Shown here: positions 12,301 to 22,504 of the stretch, in pieces
Layout of the letters: every line of letters begins with the position of its first letter
How positions within the stretch are numbered: the stretch's first letter is position 1
Assembly (NCBI GenBank): GCA_020631905.1
Contig: JACKGQ010000001.1
Location: 165,854-229,853, forward strand
Reading direction: 5' to 3'
From: Candidatus Nomurabacteria bacterium
GTDB lineage: Bacteria > Patescibacteriota > Saccharimonadia > Saccharimonadales > VXPC01
DNA: 64,000 nt
Program-made: the position numbers and the translations under genes
Notes under the pieces: model-generated
The model's database searches: none
What the model was told of the DNA's origin: nothing
What the model saw: the letters and a program-made list of their open reading frames with translations, nothing else

Positions 12301-13737
12301 GACAACATTCTGCCTTATCCACATTGTGCTCGAAATCAGGAAATTGCTTTAGCCCACTTATTATTAACTATATTGGTCTCAGCACCTGTTAGAGTCGTCG
12401 GGTCGCAAGAGCCTTTCAGCATTCTTCCTACAAGTCTTGGGAGTGCTGGATATCTCACTTCATCCTGTACTGACTCAGGGGCCCATCGGCCTTACTAGGT
12501 CGACTGTCGTTGAAGTGAGTCTTCGTCCATAACCGAAATTACCAGCTGTGCGTGTGCGCTTACCGAACTGTTTGGTAGAGTGGTCGCTATAGGACTCGTT
12601 ATATCTGCTCCCATGAGAGTCTTTCTGGTTTCGAAGCAAAAGTTCTTCGTTATCAGATGAGGTTACTTTGCACCGCATAGCTGGCGGCACTTGTCAAAAC
12701 CATGGTAGAGACCCGCTACCAAACTCAACTATATTCTTGGGCTTAGCTTGCTGAACGTATCTAACCAGAGCCAATAGAGGCATCAGGCGACGCCCTGGTG
12801 GTTCTGCTTTAGCTAAAAATATCTTTACCGACTATGTCTCTCTGAGTTTATAAAGCCTCGATCTGCTTATAGATTGGTATTGTATCGTGTTTGAGATTCT
12901 AGCCTCTAGATGTCTTTGACTCTTTGGTATAGATCCTTGTGGTGGGAGTAGCTTTTATGCGTCAAGTTCTTTCTCAGCGACCTATCTATATGCTGCCTGA
13001 GGTCGTCGCGACTACGATAGCTAACATTTTTATATAGTCTAATGACCGCATAATAAGCAGCCTAAAAACATACCAAGAACGATGGCGATAATTGTATCCT
13101 CAATATTCATAACAAAGCGTATTTACTGCAGCATCCTAGTGTTTTTGATTCGTTGTGCGTAATCTTAGGATTCAGCAAATGCGGTAGGCAGGATTTTCTT
13201 TATGCCCTAATAACACCTCTTCTGAAACCGTCCTCGGTGGTTTCTAGATCTATAATAGCCAATGTCTGCGATTTATCACCATGACAGTTACGTTGTCGTT
13301 GATAACGCACATATTGACGACAGGCGACCAGTCTCTGTGTTTCATCAGTTTCTCGTTTGGAACCATGTGAATGCTGCTTCAAGAACATGCGTATCGCACT
13401 ATGGCGCCACTCCACCGTTTATTAAAACTTTTTCGCTGTTGCCTCTGCGTCCCGCTTTAGATGCATACAGCGCCAGATCTCGACTGTCAGGACAAGCATC
13501 CAACTAAGACGATTATCAGCTTCTATTATGATTTTAGGATAATCTAGCCTGGTCTCGTCACGCAAATTCACGCGAAGCGAGTTTCCGGTATCCATACAGT
13601 AAATTCTTCTAATTTTCACAGGCCTTTATTTGGGTCATGTGGTTTCTATCTGCCTGTTACCCTAAAATAAATACATTCATCCTAGACGATGATAATACCA
13701 TTTTGAGTCTGATTATTTGTGGTATAATATCACTTTA

Positions 13738-14543
13738 ATGGCAAATACAATACAGTGATTACCTCCAAACCGTACGGTCGCGCCGGTTTGGGAGCGCAGA
13801 ATTGTTGTACTTCTTCGTGGAACTTTAGGTCCGCTACAAGCAAACCGCAATCAGCGGCGCGCTCTGGGCTTTATGTTTAGACCACTGATCTTAATGGTAG
13901 TAATGATATTGCTTACAGCCTTCAATAAGGTCGCCAACGTCAACACCAGCTCATCTGAGATTCCCTATCAATCTTTGCATACGCTGGGCTGATGTGTACT
14001 GGTCCTACTTCTCACAAACCGTCACACAGGTCGGTGGAAGTTTAGTTTTCGTATCAGGGCATAATAAGATATATTTTCCACGCCTCATGATCCCCGTATC
14101 TACAATAACAGGGATGATTGATTTCTTTGCAGCCATAATATACACTTAGCTATGTGTTTTATTTCGGGTTTACCCGAGGTATCTTAGGGATGATTATGCC
14201 TGCTACCAATGCTGCTACTTCTGGCATTGTAGCAACACTAGGGTGGTTTTATACATGGCCTCGTTAAATGTCAAATACCGGACGTCGTTAGTGCCATTCT
14301 TCGATACCAAGCCATGCTCTTCTTGACGCCAGTTGTCTGTCAGGTCGGGCAAAATTGCAATGGTTATAAGTGGGTACTATACTAAACTGTAATATTTAGA
14401 GTCGTAGACACAATCACGGGCGTCTTTACTAAATATACCTACGGCCAGTCAACTATAGATTCCTGTCGATATCAATAATCCATGATCTTGTGATATTATT
14501 CTTGGCCTTGGTATGTTCAAGCCAAAGAGATTGCCGACATCAT
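13738..14543 (+). pseudogene. ABC-2 type polysaccharide exporter permease (Wzm/TagG-like) remnant
   Basis: TATAAT at 13723-13728 and ATG at 13738. An N-terminal RYKQT-like block and hydrophobic segments are readable in alternating frames. It lies immediately upstream of the Wzt-like remnant. Confidence 0.45.
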
Positions 14544-15321
14544 ATGAAAAGAATCAGCCGATCATGAAGGCATAACCAAAGAATACTTATTGATTAATAC
14601 AAGGCGCTCTCAAATTCACCCACCCTTAAGGATCCTTAACTTGGTCGATATGCTGAAAACCACTTGAGCTAATCGGAGCTAAGGGTAGGTTCTCATGAAA
14701 AAATTTTATACTCCTCGATAACATAAATCTGCAAATAATGCGGGGATGTGGTCGGTTTAATGGGCAAGACAGGTCTATTGAAATCGGCTTTGTTGAAGAT
14801 CGCTCTAAAATTACCCAGCCATCAGATGGCAGCATACATATGGGCAGCACCATGGCAAGTCTGCTGGAGGTAAGACTGGCTTTCATCAGGCTAATTAGTC
14901 GTGAAAACGTTTACTTTAATGGCTCGACCACTTGTGAGCAAGAAGGGAGATCGATAAAAGTTCCAGGTATCGTGGATTTTTCTGAGGTAGAGAGAAGTTT
15001 CTAGACACACCGTGAAATTCTACTCATCTGGTATGAAAATTCGGCTTGCGTTTTCTGTTGCAGCCCACTTTAAGGCCGACATCCTGATGATTGACGGGGT
15101 TTTATCGGTTGGAGACGTGAAGTTTAAACAGAAGAGCCTTGCCGGAATGAAAGACATAGCAAAAAGTGGAACAACAATTATTTTTTGTTAGCCGTGTAGT
15201 CTCCCAATTTCGGAAGATTTGCACTGGGGTTGGCCTGGAGAGCGGCGAGATATGTTTGACGACGCTTAGCAATCTCAAGGACGCCATATCTCAATACATC
15301 TCGCTAAACGGTAAGCTCTAA
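14544..15321 (+). pseudogene. Polysaccharide/teichoic-acid exporter ATP-binding protein (Wzt/TagH-like) remnant
   Basis: Walker-A region split across frames (GLMGKTG / KSALLKI). ITQPSDGSIHMGSTMASLLEV, SRENVYFNG and IVDFSEVERSF are readable. The clean stretch 15009-15190 reads TVKFYSSGMKIRLAFSVAAHFKADILMIDGVLSVGDVKFKQKSLAGMKDIAKSGTTIIFC then stop. The C-terminal tail is in another frame and ends at 15321. Confidence 0.65.
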
Positions 15322-15682
15322 AGATGAGCTTAGTTCAAAGATAGTCGATAAATGAAACATCCAACTTAAGCTGAAGACTCGATTATTGAGGATAGCGTCG
15401 AGATATCAGTTAAGCCGAAGTTGAGTCAAATCTGGCTGGTGATCTCCCAACTAGATCTCGACTAAAGATTGTAAACAACCAGACAGACAGGCGAATTTCT
15501 AGTCCGTTCGTATACCTAATCATTTCTGATGCGAAACCACAACCTTGCATCGATAGGCAGATTCATCGTAGCCCTGGGCACTAAGAGGCTAAATCATAAA
15601 GATAATTAATATCAACACCAGAGTTAGGGACGTTAGTAATTTAACACCATAGGTACAACGCGTGCTTTATTTTTATTGTGAA

Positions 15683-16870
15683 ATGGAAAAACAGAAGATA
15701 CTGTTTACCGTGAATATATGGTTGCAGAATTTTGATATCCAGATTATCAGGCCTTACGAGATCTTATGTGGAATAGAGTTATGTTGCCCATTGATATTAA
15801 ATTATAAAGTTAGCCGATTTTCTTGCCCTAAATCGCCAGGTGGAGCAGAAATGTCAATAAAACAGCACACCATCTATCTCGAAAACTCGGACATGAAGTA
15901 TTAGTATTCTTAACAAACTATGACCTTAACTGGTTCCGCACCAAGAGACTCAATCCCAGGTAACCACCATCTCCAGCTAATCATCGGTTTGCGGCTGCCG
16001 CTTTACCATCTTTCATAAACCAGATGTATAACCCACATTCAAGATTGGCCAGATTGTTTTTCGGTAATGGCAAAACCGCTTCACAGTAAGCCTGTTGTTT
16101 GAAGATGCTGGAGACTTAGTTCACCAGATATCAACAAAAACCAAAATATTTTTGGAAGGATAGTTAAGTCTCTGTACGCAAAATCAACGACAAAAGCAGA
16201 TCATATATATACCTAAACAGCGACGAAATTCAATTATTAAAACTGTCCTCGAGCTTACGAAATTGGAATATATCGAATATTAAAATCTCAGTTATACCGA
16301 GCGATATAGATTTCGCGACTACAATCTCATAGCGCCAAAGTCCGTCAATAAAGATGCCGTTTATGGTTGGATATGTGGAAGGATTGATATACAAAACTAA
16401 GGGGTATCTATATGAACTCTTGAAGCAATGGAAATCTAAAGCACGAAAGATTAATTTACTGGCTGTAGGTGCCGGAGACTTCGATAATGCTGAAAAATAT
16501 TTGGGACAAAGCTCAGGTACGGTTTGTTGTAGCCATCAAAATTTCTAGTTATATGCATGTAGTTTTTGATCACTGGTAGTTCCATGTCACATTTTGAGGG
16601 ATGGGGTCGAACTGTATAAGGCGATGTATTTTGGGTTGCCAGTTATCGCCACCGGATTGGAGAACTAAAGATCAAATTGACGACATAAGACCCAGGACTT
16701 TTCACTACAGGCGAACCTCAAGACATTGCTAGAAAAATCACTCTATCTAAGACAACATCCAGATTTCAGCAGGTGGTATGCTGTGGCGAAAAACAGAAGA
16801 TCCAAAGCTGGAACATGAGTCCTCATTAAAGACCGTGTTGAACCCTACTAATAGCTTTTACAAAAGACTG
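15683..16870 (+). pseudogene. Glycosyltransferase family 4 remnant
   Basis: MEKQKILFTVNIW start at 15683. GT4 C-terminal motifs (FEGWG.. / AMYFGLPVIATG) near 16590-16660 are interrupted by stops and frame changes up to about 16850. Confidence 0.5.
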
Positions 16871-16871
16871 T

Positions 16872-17990
16872 ATGAGATACGTCTTTGAGTCTTCTCGGTT
16901 AACCCAGACAATGACTGGAGTTGGCTATTACGCCGCCTACCTGTCTGAGGAACTCCAACGGATATCTGGTTCGGAGCAGGTCCGATGTGGTTTTAGAGAC
17001 GCTAAATCAGACAGAAACACGTTAGTCACAAGAAGAGTGGCTTATAAGTTATTAGCGTTTAACATTAGACTACCCTTCCAGCTGCTCTGGGGAACAGGCT
17101 ACAAGGCTGCTATTTTTCCAGACTTCAATGGTTTTGGTAACTGGTCGAAAAAAACCAAAACAGCCGTTGTTGTACACGATACAGAGTTTATCACTAACCC
17201 AAGCTCTCTTGATAACAAGCGGCAAGGACTAATGTCTTATTTATTGCCCACGGGCTCCGACTACCTTTGCCGTACGGTACCTGGGTCGATGAGAAGAGCG
17301 GACATCGTTATAACTACTTCTGCAACGGTCAAAGAAGAGTTTGTTAGACTGCTAAACATCGATTCGTCAAAGATTGTCGTCACCGGTATCCCGCCGCACC
17401 CAATCTATGCACCTAGCGCCAACAGACCAGTGCTGCCCTTAAATTTAAAATCCAGGAAATTCATATATTACCAAGCAACTATAGAGCCTAGAAAGAATCA
17501 CATGAATCTACTCAAAGCCTACGAGCTGTTGCCAAATAAGATTTCCTCAAGATATCCCTTGGTGCTCGGCGGAGGATATGGCTGGGGTAATAGACAATTC
17601 TTTAGCTACATAAATAAACTGAAGGAAAAAGGCTACATGATCTACCACCTGGGTTATGTTGATGAGGCCACCAAGCTGGTTATGTATCAGAACGCCGCCA
17701 TCTATGTGCAGCCATCTTTAAACGAGGGCTTCGGAATGCCTATACTCGAGGCCATGGCTTGTGACACCCCTACAGTCGTGAGTGACATACCAGTATTTAG
17801 AGAGGTCTGTCGAAAAGCATCGATTTACTTCGACCCCAAGAGCTCGGAAGCCATTAAAGAGGCGATCCAGACAACCCTGCTAGATAAAAATTTATTAAAA
17901 GAGCTGGTAAAAAAAGGAAGATCTAGGGTAGATTCTTATCGCAAAGATGATTCGGGCTTTAAGGAAATCGTCGAAAGGCTTGGTATTTAA
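16872..17990 (+). CDS. Glycosyltransferase family 4
   Basis: Intact 372-aa ORF. TGVGYYAAYL N-terminal motif and VQPSLNEGFGMPILEAMACDTPTVVSDIPVFREV GT-B C-terminal motif. Confidence 0.85.
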   Translation: MRYVFESSRLTQTMTGVGYYAAYLSEELQRISGSEQVRCGFRDAKSDRNTLVTRRVAYKLLAFNIRLPFQLLWGTGYKAAIFPDFNGFGNWSKKTKTAVVVHDTEFITNPSSLDNKRQGLMSYLLPTGSDYLCRTVPGSMRRADIVITTSATVKEEFVRLLNIDSSKIVVTGIPPHPIYAPSANRPVLPLNLKSRKFIYYQATIEPRKNHMNLLKAYELLPNKISSRYPLVLGGGYGWGNRQFFSYINKLKEKGYMIYHLGYVDEATKLVMYQNAAIYVQPSLNEGFGMPILEAMACDTPTVVSDIPVFREVCRKASIYFDPKSSEAIKEAIQTTLLDKNLLKELVKKGRSRVDSYRKDDSGFKEIVERLGI

Positions 17991-19114
17991 TGTCCAAAAT
18001 CCTAATTGATGCTCGAGACATGCGTTCGAGCACTGGCAGGTATATTCGTTCGCTGCTCATGGAACTCGAACGACTCGATAGAACAAATCAATATGTGATA
18101 TTGGGTCGAAGAGCCGATGTCGATGCGCGCGACCAGCATAGTTGGAGGCCAAAGGCGCCAAACTTCAACCTGGTAGTAGTTGACATACCCCTGAACACCT
18201 TTAGGGAGCAGTTGTTGCTGGCTGCAGAAATAAGAAAACACAGTCCCGACTTAGTACATTTCTGGCTTCCCCAGCAGCCACTTTTCTTGAAGCACAGCAG
18301 GATCACCACCATCCATGACCTTAATTATATCCACCTACATATCCATACAAATGGCATTTTACGATATGAGTTGAAGCGCTTAATATTTAGGGGATTTCTT
18401 AAGCACGTTGTTCGTTCGAACAAATTTATTCTTAGCCCGACAAACTACACCAAACAAGATATTGTTGACTACACCAAATTAAGAAATCCCGAAAAGATTG
18501 TTGTTACGCCTGAAGGAACCGCCGGTGAATTGGCTAACGTTAAGCCAAAACATATCAATCAGCTCAATGGTAAGGAATTCCTCCTATATGTTGGCCAAAG
18601 TTCAGAGTATAAGGGTCAGCTAAGATTAATTGAGGCTCTACAGTTACTCCGAAAGAAGCTCCCGAGACTAGAGCTCGCTTTAATCGGTAAAGAGAACGAC
18701 TACACTCAGAAGCTCAAAAAGATTGTTGCCAAACAGAACTATCATGGTGTTAGGTTCTTAGGGTTTGTCGATGACCGAGAGCTACGCTGGGCCTATGAAA
18801 ATTGTGCATGTTATGTGCAGCCATCAATTGCCGAAGGCTTTGGATTGATGAACCTCGAAGCAATGTTCTTAGGTGCACCAGTAGCTAGTAGTAATGCTAC
18901 TTGTTTGCCCGAAGTTTCAGGAAGTGCAGCCAACTACTTTAATCCATATGATATAGGGGATATGGCTCAGGCGATTGAGCAGATCTTGAGTGATCCAAAA
19001 TTGCGCAAGAAGCTTATCTTAGAGGGCAAGAAACAATATAAAAAATTCTCCTGGGAGCGCATGGCCGAGCAAACATTAGCGGTGTACAATAAGGTCTTGG
19101 ATGAAAAAAACTAA
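17990..19114 (+). CDS. Glycosyltransferase family 4
   Basis: 374-aa ORF with a TAATG junction to the upstream gene. VQPSIAEGFGLMNLEAMFLGAPVASSNATCLPEV motif. Confidence 0.85.
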   Translation: MSKILIDARDMRSSTGRYIRSLLMELERLDRTNQYVILGRRADVDARDQHSWRPKAPNFNLVVVDIPLNTFREQLLLAAEIRKHSPDLVHFWLPQQPLFLKHSRITTIHDLNYIHLHIHTNGILRYELKRLIFRGFLKHVVRSNKFILSPTNYTKQDIVDYTKLRNPEKIVVTPEGTAGELANVKPKHINQLNGKEFLLYVGQSSEYKGQLRLIEALQLLRKKLPRLELALIGKENDYTQKLKKIVAKQNYHGVRFLGFVDDRELRWAYENCACYVQPSIAEGFGLMNLEAMFLGAPVASSNATCLPEVSGSAANYFNPYDIGDMAQAIEQILSDPKLRKKLILEGKKQYKKFSWERMAEQTLAVYNKVLDEKN

Positions 19115-20000
19115 ACCTATTCGTAAAGCAGTAATCGCTGCTGCTGGTTTTGGTAGTCGTTTTTTGCCACAGGTAAAAGCTATGCCAAAAGAGATGTTGC
19201 CACTAGTAGATAAGCCGGTTATCCAGTACGTGGTCGAGGAGCTGGTGGAGGCTGGGATCGAAGATATCATTATCGTGACCGGTGCCAATAAACGCAGTAT
19301 CGAAGATCATTTTGATCTGCCCAGCCAGGATCTGGTCGAGAACCTCAAGCGAGGCAACAAAATCGACCAGCTCAAAGAAATTGAGGCAATTGCAGGACTT
19401 GCCAATTTTGTATACATTCGCCAAAAAGGTCCTTACGGTAACGCCACACCGCTGTTATGCGCCGAACACCTAGTCGACAATGAGCCATTCATCTACACCT
19501 TTGCCGACGACTTTATCGCCGCTTCACCGAATCGCTTTACCCAACTAATCGAGACCTACAAGCAGCAGCAGTGTTCGGTTCTCGCAGCCATCAAAGCAAC
19601 CAAGGACGATGACTACACACGCTATGGTATGTCTGGCGGAACCATGCTGTCCGAGACCGTCATGGACACAAAGGTTATTGTTGAAAAGCCCGGTAAGGCT
19701 AAAGCCCCGTCGAATGTATGTGTTGTGAGTGGCTACTTGTTTACGCCGGAAATTTTTAACTACCTCCATGTAGCCCGAGGCAATAAGCCAGATGATGTTG
19801 AAGTTGGCTACACCGATGGTCTAGAGTTGATGCTTAAAGACAATCACCGGGTAGTGTCTAAAATTATCGAGAATGGTCGATACTTTGACTCTGGCAATAA
19901 ACTAGAATATTTAAAAACAGTCGTTGAGTTCGCGGCTATGAATCCAAATATTGGTGAGGAGTTTAGGCAGTTCTTAAAAACATTTGTTAAAGAAATCTAG
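19101..20000 (+). CDS. galU: UTP--glucose-1-phosphate uridylyltransferase
   Basis: KAVIAAAGFGSRFLPQVKAMPKEMLPLVDKPVIQYVVEE is the canonical GalU N-terminus. 299 aa; overlaps the upstream GT4 gene by 14 nt. Confidence 0.9.
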   Translation: MKKTKPIRKAVIAAAGFGSRFLPQVKAMPKEMLPLVDKPVIQYVVEELVEAGIEDIIIVTGANKRSIEDHFDLPSQDLVENLKRGNKIDQLKEIEAIAGLANFVYIRQKGPYGNATPLLCAEHLVDNEPFIYTFADDFIAASPNRFTQLIETYKQQQCSVLAAIKATKDDDYTRYGMSGGTMLSETVMDTKVIVEKPGKAKAPSNVCVVSGYLFTPEIFNYLHVARGNKPDDVEVGYTDGLELMLKDNHRVVSKIIENGRYFDSGNKLEYLKTVVEFAAMNPNIGEEFRQFLKTFVKEI

Positions 20001-20176
20001 CCTGAATATATACTTACATCGCCAGTTCATAAACAAGCTAATCGACAGCGGCCGAGTAGGAGACTTAATCAAACATCTTGGTCAAAAAAATTTAATTTAA
20101 ATTAAATTTCATACTAAATAACAGTTACTTTTCTAGATAGACCACCGCCCCAACGACTAGTCAACCGAAAGTGACA

Positions 20177-20647
20177 TTAGCCTTCGCCGACTCCACTGGC
20201 CTTCAAGACAATATGTCGGTCGCGACCTTCGCCAACCGATTCGGTTTCGAGACCGTATTCTGAGGCTAACTGGTGAATTATTCGTCTATCGGCAGCGTTC
20301 ATCGGGTGCAAACTTCTACTCCCACCATTGTCTTTGAGTTCTTTTATCCACTCTTTGGCTTGCTCTACTAGCCTTTCTTGCCGCTGCTGCTTATAGTGGG
20401 CGATGTCTAGATTAACGCGTGCAAACTCATAGCCGGCAGCCTTTAAATAGGTAATTACCATGTTTTGAAAGGCATGAAGCGTTTCGGCGCGCGAACCAAT
20501 TAAAAACCCGTTAAGGTGAGTAGAAGGAATCGACAAACTGATAACCTCCTCATCATGGGTTGCCTCGACGACTGTATTTAGGCCGAAAAAACTTAGCATG
20601 TCCTCAGTGTATTTCTGAGCTTTGCTGGTTGCTTCGTTAATGTCCAT
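20177..20647 (-). CDS. khpB: KH/R3H RNA-binding protein Jag/KhpB
   Basis: 156 aa. C-terminal R3H motif LHPMNAADRRIIHQLASEYGLETESVGEG. Conserved position downstream of yidC. Confidence 0.85.
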   Translation of the reverse strand: MDINEATSKAQKYTEDMLSFFGLNTVVEATHDEEVISLSIPSTHLNGFLIGSRAETLHAFQNMVITYLKAAGYEFARVNLDIAHYKQQRQERLVEQAKEWIKELKDNGGSRSLHPMNAADRRIIHQLASEYGLETESVGEGRDRHIVLKASGVGEG

Positions 20648-20648
20648 A

Positions 20649-21590
20649 TCACCTCCTATTATTGGTTTTGCTTGGGGTGATTTTTCCTGCCTTCATGGCT
20701 TCGCGTTTTTGTTTAGCGTTTGGTTTCTTATTCTCGGTTTGAGCGACCTCTGCAACAGCTGGCTTACCATCTACTGTAGCTAGTAGTTCGGTTTGATCCT
20801 GGTTTAAGATACGCCGTTGTTGCATGTAGCCTATTAGTCCATTGATGAACCAGTAGAATGGTAGTGCGGCCACCAGCCCTAACGACACCAAGAAAATCAT
20901 GCCTGGAATTATGTATAGAGTAAACCTGCCAGCAGCTTCATTGATTTCGCTCTGGTCGACGTCCTTGCCCTCTGACTGGTCTTTGAGGAGTTTGCGAAGA
21001 GACTTCTTCTCATTACCGCTAACCATAAGCTGTTTACTTGAATAATACTGAACTAAGGCACTAAGAATCACGAATGTCATTGCCCCCCAGTAAATACCGT
21101 TATCTTCGGTCGCTCTTCTGGTGAGGTCGACGGTGCCAACAAAAGTTGAGTCAAACTTAGTGATGTCTTGCTTGAGCTCCTGCATATGATCGAGCCTAAG
21201 AACCACCGAGTAAGAGTTGTCGATAATCGCCTGGGGATTGTTGGCAACTCGATTTACTCCTCGATAAAGGGCAATGAGTAGCGGAAGCTGAATTAGTATA
21301 TAGCCGGCGCCAGCAAGAGGTCTGATCTCCCTTTCTTTGTATAGCGCCATTGTTGCGATTGCTGCTTTTTGCCGATCGCTGCCGGCTTCTTTTTTGATCC
21401 GCTTGATCTCGGGCTGGAGTTCTCGCATTGCTTTGGCGTGGTGTAGTTGTTTCTTAACCAGGGGCCACATTAGTATTCGCATCAGAACAGTAAAGATGAT
21501 GATCGCAATACCTAGATTATGCCCAGGTATAAGTGCATAGATAGCAACCAGCAGATTAAAAACAGGCTTAATTAAAATTGTCTCAAACAT
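20649..21590 (-). CDS. yidC: Membrane protein insertase YidC (short form)
   Basis: 313 aa. IIFTVLMRILMWPLVKKQLHHAKAMRELQPEIKRIKKE and a basic C-terminal tail. rnpA-yidC-jag synteny. Confidence 0.9.
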   Translation of the reverse strand: MFETILIKPVFNLLVAIYALIPGHNLGIAIIIFTVLMRILMWPLVKKQLHHAKAMRELQPEIKRIKKEAGSDRQKAAIATMALYKEREIRPLAGAGYILIQLPLLIALYRGVNRVANNPQAIIDNSYSVVLRLDHMQELKQDITKFDSTFVGTVDLTRRATEDNGIYWGAMTFVILSALVQYYSSKQLMVSGNEKKSLRKLLKDQSEGKDVDQSEINEAAGRFTLYIIPGMIFLVSLGLVAALPFYWFINGLIGYMQQRRILNQDQTELLATVDGKPAVAEVAQTENKKPNAKQKREAMKAGKITPSKTNNRR

Positions 21591-21611
21591 ATGTGGGTAT
21601 ATTTTAACAAA

Positions 21612-21956
21612 TTATTGCTTATTTACAGCTAGTATTATCTGAGTCACCAACTTGTTGAGCTGGTCTTGGCTAATGCCCTTAACTTGTGAGTCAAAGACTG
21701 TAACAACCATATCGACATGAGCAAGCTCGTCTGTCGCCAACTTGCGAAAGGTTTCATAGATTCTACGCCTTATCCGATTGCGCCCGACAGCGGAGTCTTC
21801 AACCTTACGACTAACTACAACTGCGAGTCGCCAACTTTGACGTTTAGGGTTGTTTACATATTTGCAAGCAAGCATACCCATTCGGATATTCTGTCCATGC
21901 CTATAGACAAAATTAAGACTTTTATGGCCGCTAAAACGGTTTTTTCGGGAAATCAT
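21612..21956 (-). CDS. rnpA: Ribonuclease P protein component
   Basis: SRKNRF...VVVSRKV..SAVGRNRIRRRIYE (RNR motif). Start moved to the internal ATG (MISRKNRF). The track ORF extends to 21995. Confidence 0.85.
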   Translation of the reverse strand: MISRKNRFSGHKSLNFVYRHGQNIRMGMLACKYVNNPKRQSWRLAVVVSRKVEDSAVGRNRIRRRIYETFRKLATDELAHVDMVVTVFDSQVKGISQDQLNKLVTQIILAVNKQ

Positions 21957-22026
21957 TCTATTATTAAAGCAAAAATATTCTATAAAAATAACCACTTTTG
22001 TCGTGGTTATTTATTAACTCAGTCTA

Positions 22027-22176
22027 TTATTTGCTTGTCCGGGCGGCTACTCGTGCTCGTCCCTTGGCAGTTCGTCGCTTAATTACGAGTCGTCCCGCCC
22101 TGGTTTTCATTCTCTTCATAAAGCCGTGTTGTTTAGCGGCCTGGCGTTTCTTTGGTTGATAGGTTCTTTTTGGCAT
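22027..22176 (-). CDS. rpmH: 50S ribosomal protein L34
   Basis: Below the ORF-track size cutoff. Reverse translation gives [49 protein letters not shown] (49 aa), the conserved L34 sequence, directly upstream of rnpA. Confidence 0.9.
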   Translation of the reverse strand: MPKRTYQPKKRQAAKQHGFMKRMKTRAGRLVIKRRTAKGRARVAARTSK

Positions 22177-22504
22177 ATCTACTCTCTATTTAGTGTGTTC
22201 AAAAGACGCGTTATTATAACAGGGCTGTGCTCCAAAATCAAACAACGTTTCGTGCCATTTTTGCACAATGTCAATAATATTGCTCAAAAGGTTGTATTTT
22301 TAGCATATTTTTTACCCTTGAGTCTGGCTCTTTTACACAATAGCAGCAATAGTTTCCACATTATTTAAGAAGTTAGGTTCTTGTTGTGGAAAAATAATCA
22401 GTAGTCGTAGGTTTTTTAGATGTGCTCGTTGTTAAAATTGCCTCTTCTGTGGAAAAGTATCATTGTCTTGTGTATATTAACTAGCAGAAGTTTTGGAGGG
22501 ATTT
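22177..22504. promoter_or_regulatory. Probable oriC / dnaA promoter region
   Basis: rpmH-dnaA intergenic region. DnaA-box-like 9-mers: TTTCCACA at 22353-22360, and TGTGGAAAA (reverse complement TTTTCCACA) at 22385-22393 and 22448-22456. AT-rich tract around 22200-22330. GGAGG RBS at 22495-22499. Confidence 0.6.

Larger units (their letters stand above)
3640..16870. other. About 13 kb ORF desert: indel-riddled remnants of a surface-polysaccharide / cell-envelope gene cluster
   Basis: No ORF longer than 111 aa is present, whereas flanking DNA is over 90% coding. Protein-like segments can be followed only by hopping between frames (sub-features below). The left edge falls inside glmS and the right edge lies just before the intact GT4 gene at 16872. 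Confidence 0.75.

Noticed and set aside
3640-16870. Alternative genetic code (stop-codon reassignment) as the cause of the ORF desert
   Set aside because: The readable protein blocks jump between all three frames, and all three stop codons occur in the frames. Recoding cannot restore ORFs, and the flanking genes use the standard code.
20088-20109. Perfect 22-bp A/T-only palindrome AAATTTAATTTAAATTAAATTT between convergent galU and khpB
   Set aside because: It is real but most simply explained as an AT-rich spacer or weak bidirectional terminator. No repeat copies or associated genes were found.
22126-22368. 80-aa ORF in the rpmH-dnaA spacer
   Set aside because: It overlaps the rpmH start and the AT-rich, DnaA-box region and has hydrophobic low-complexity content. 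An origin or promoter region is the better explanation.
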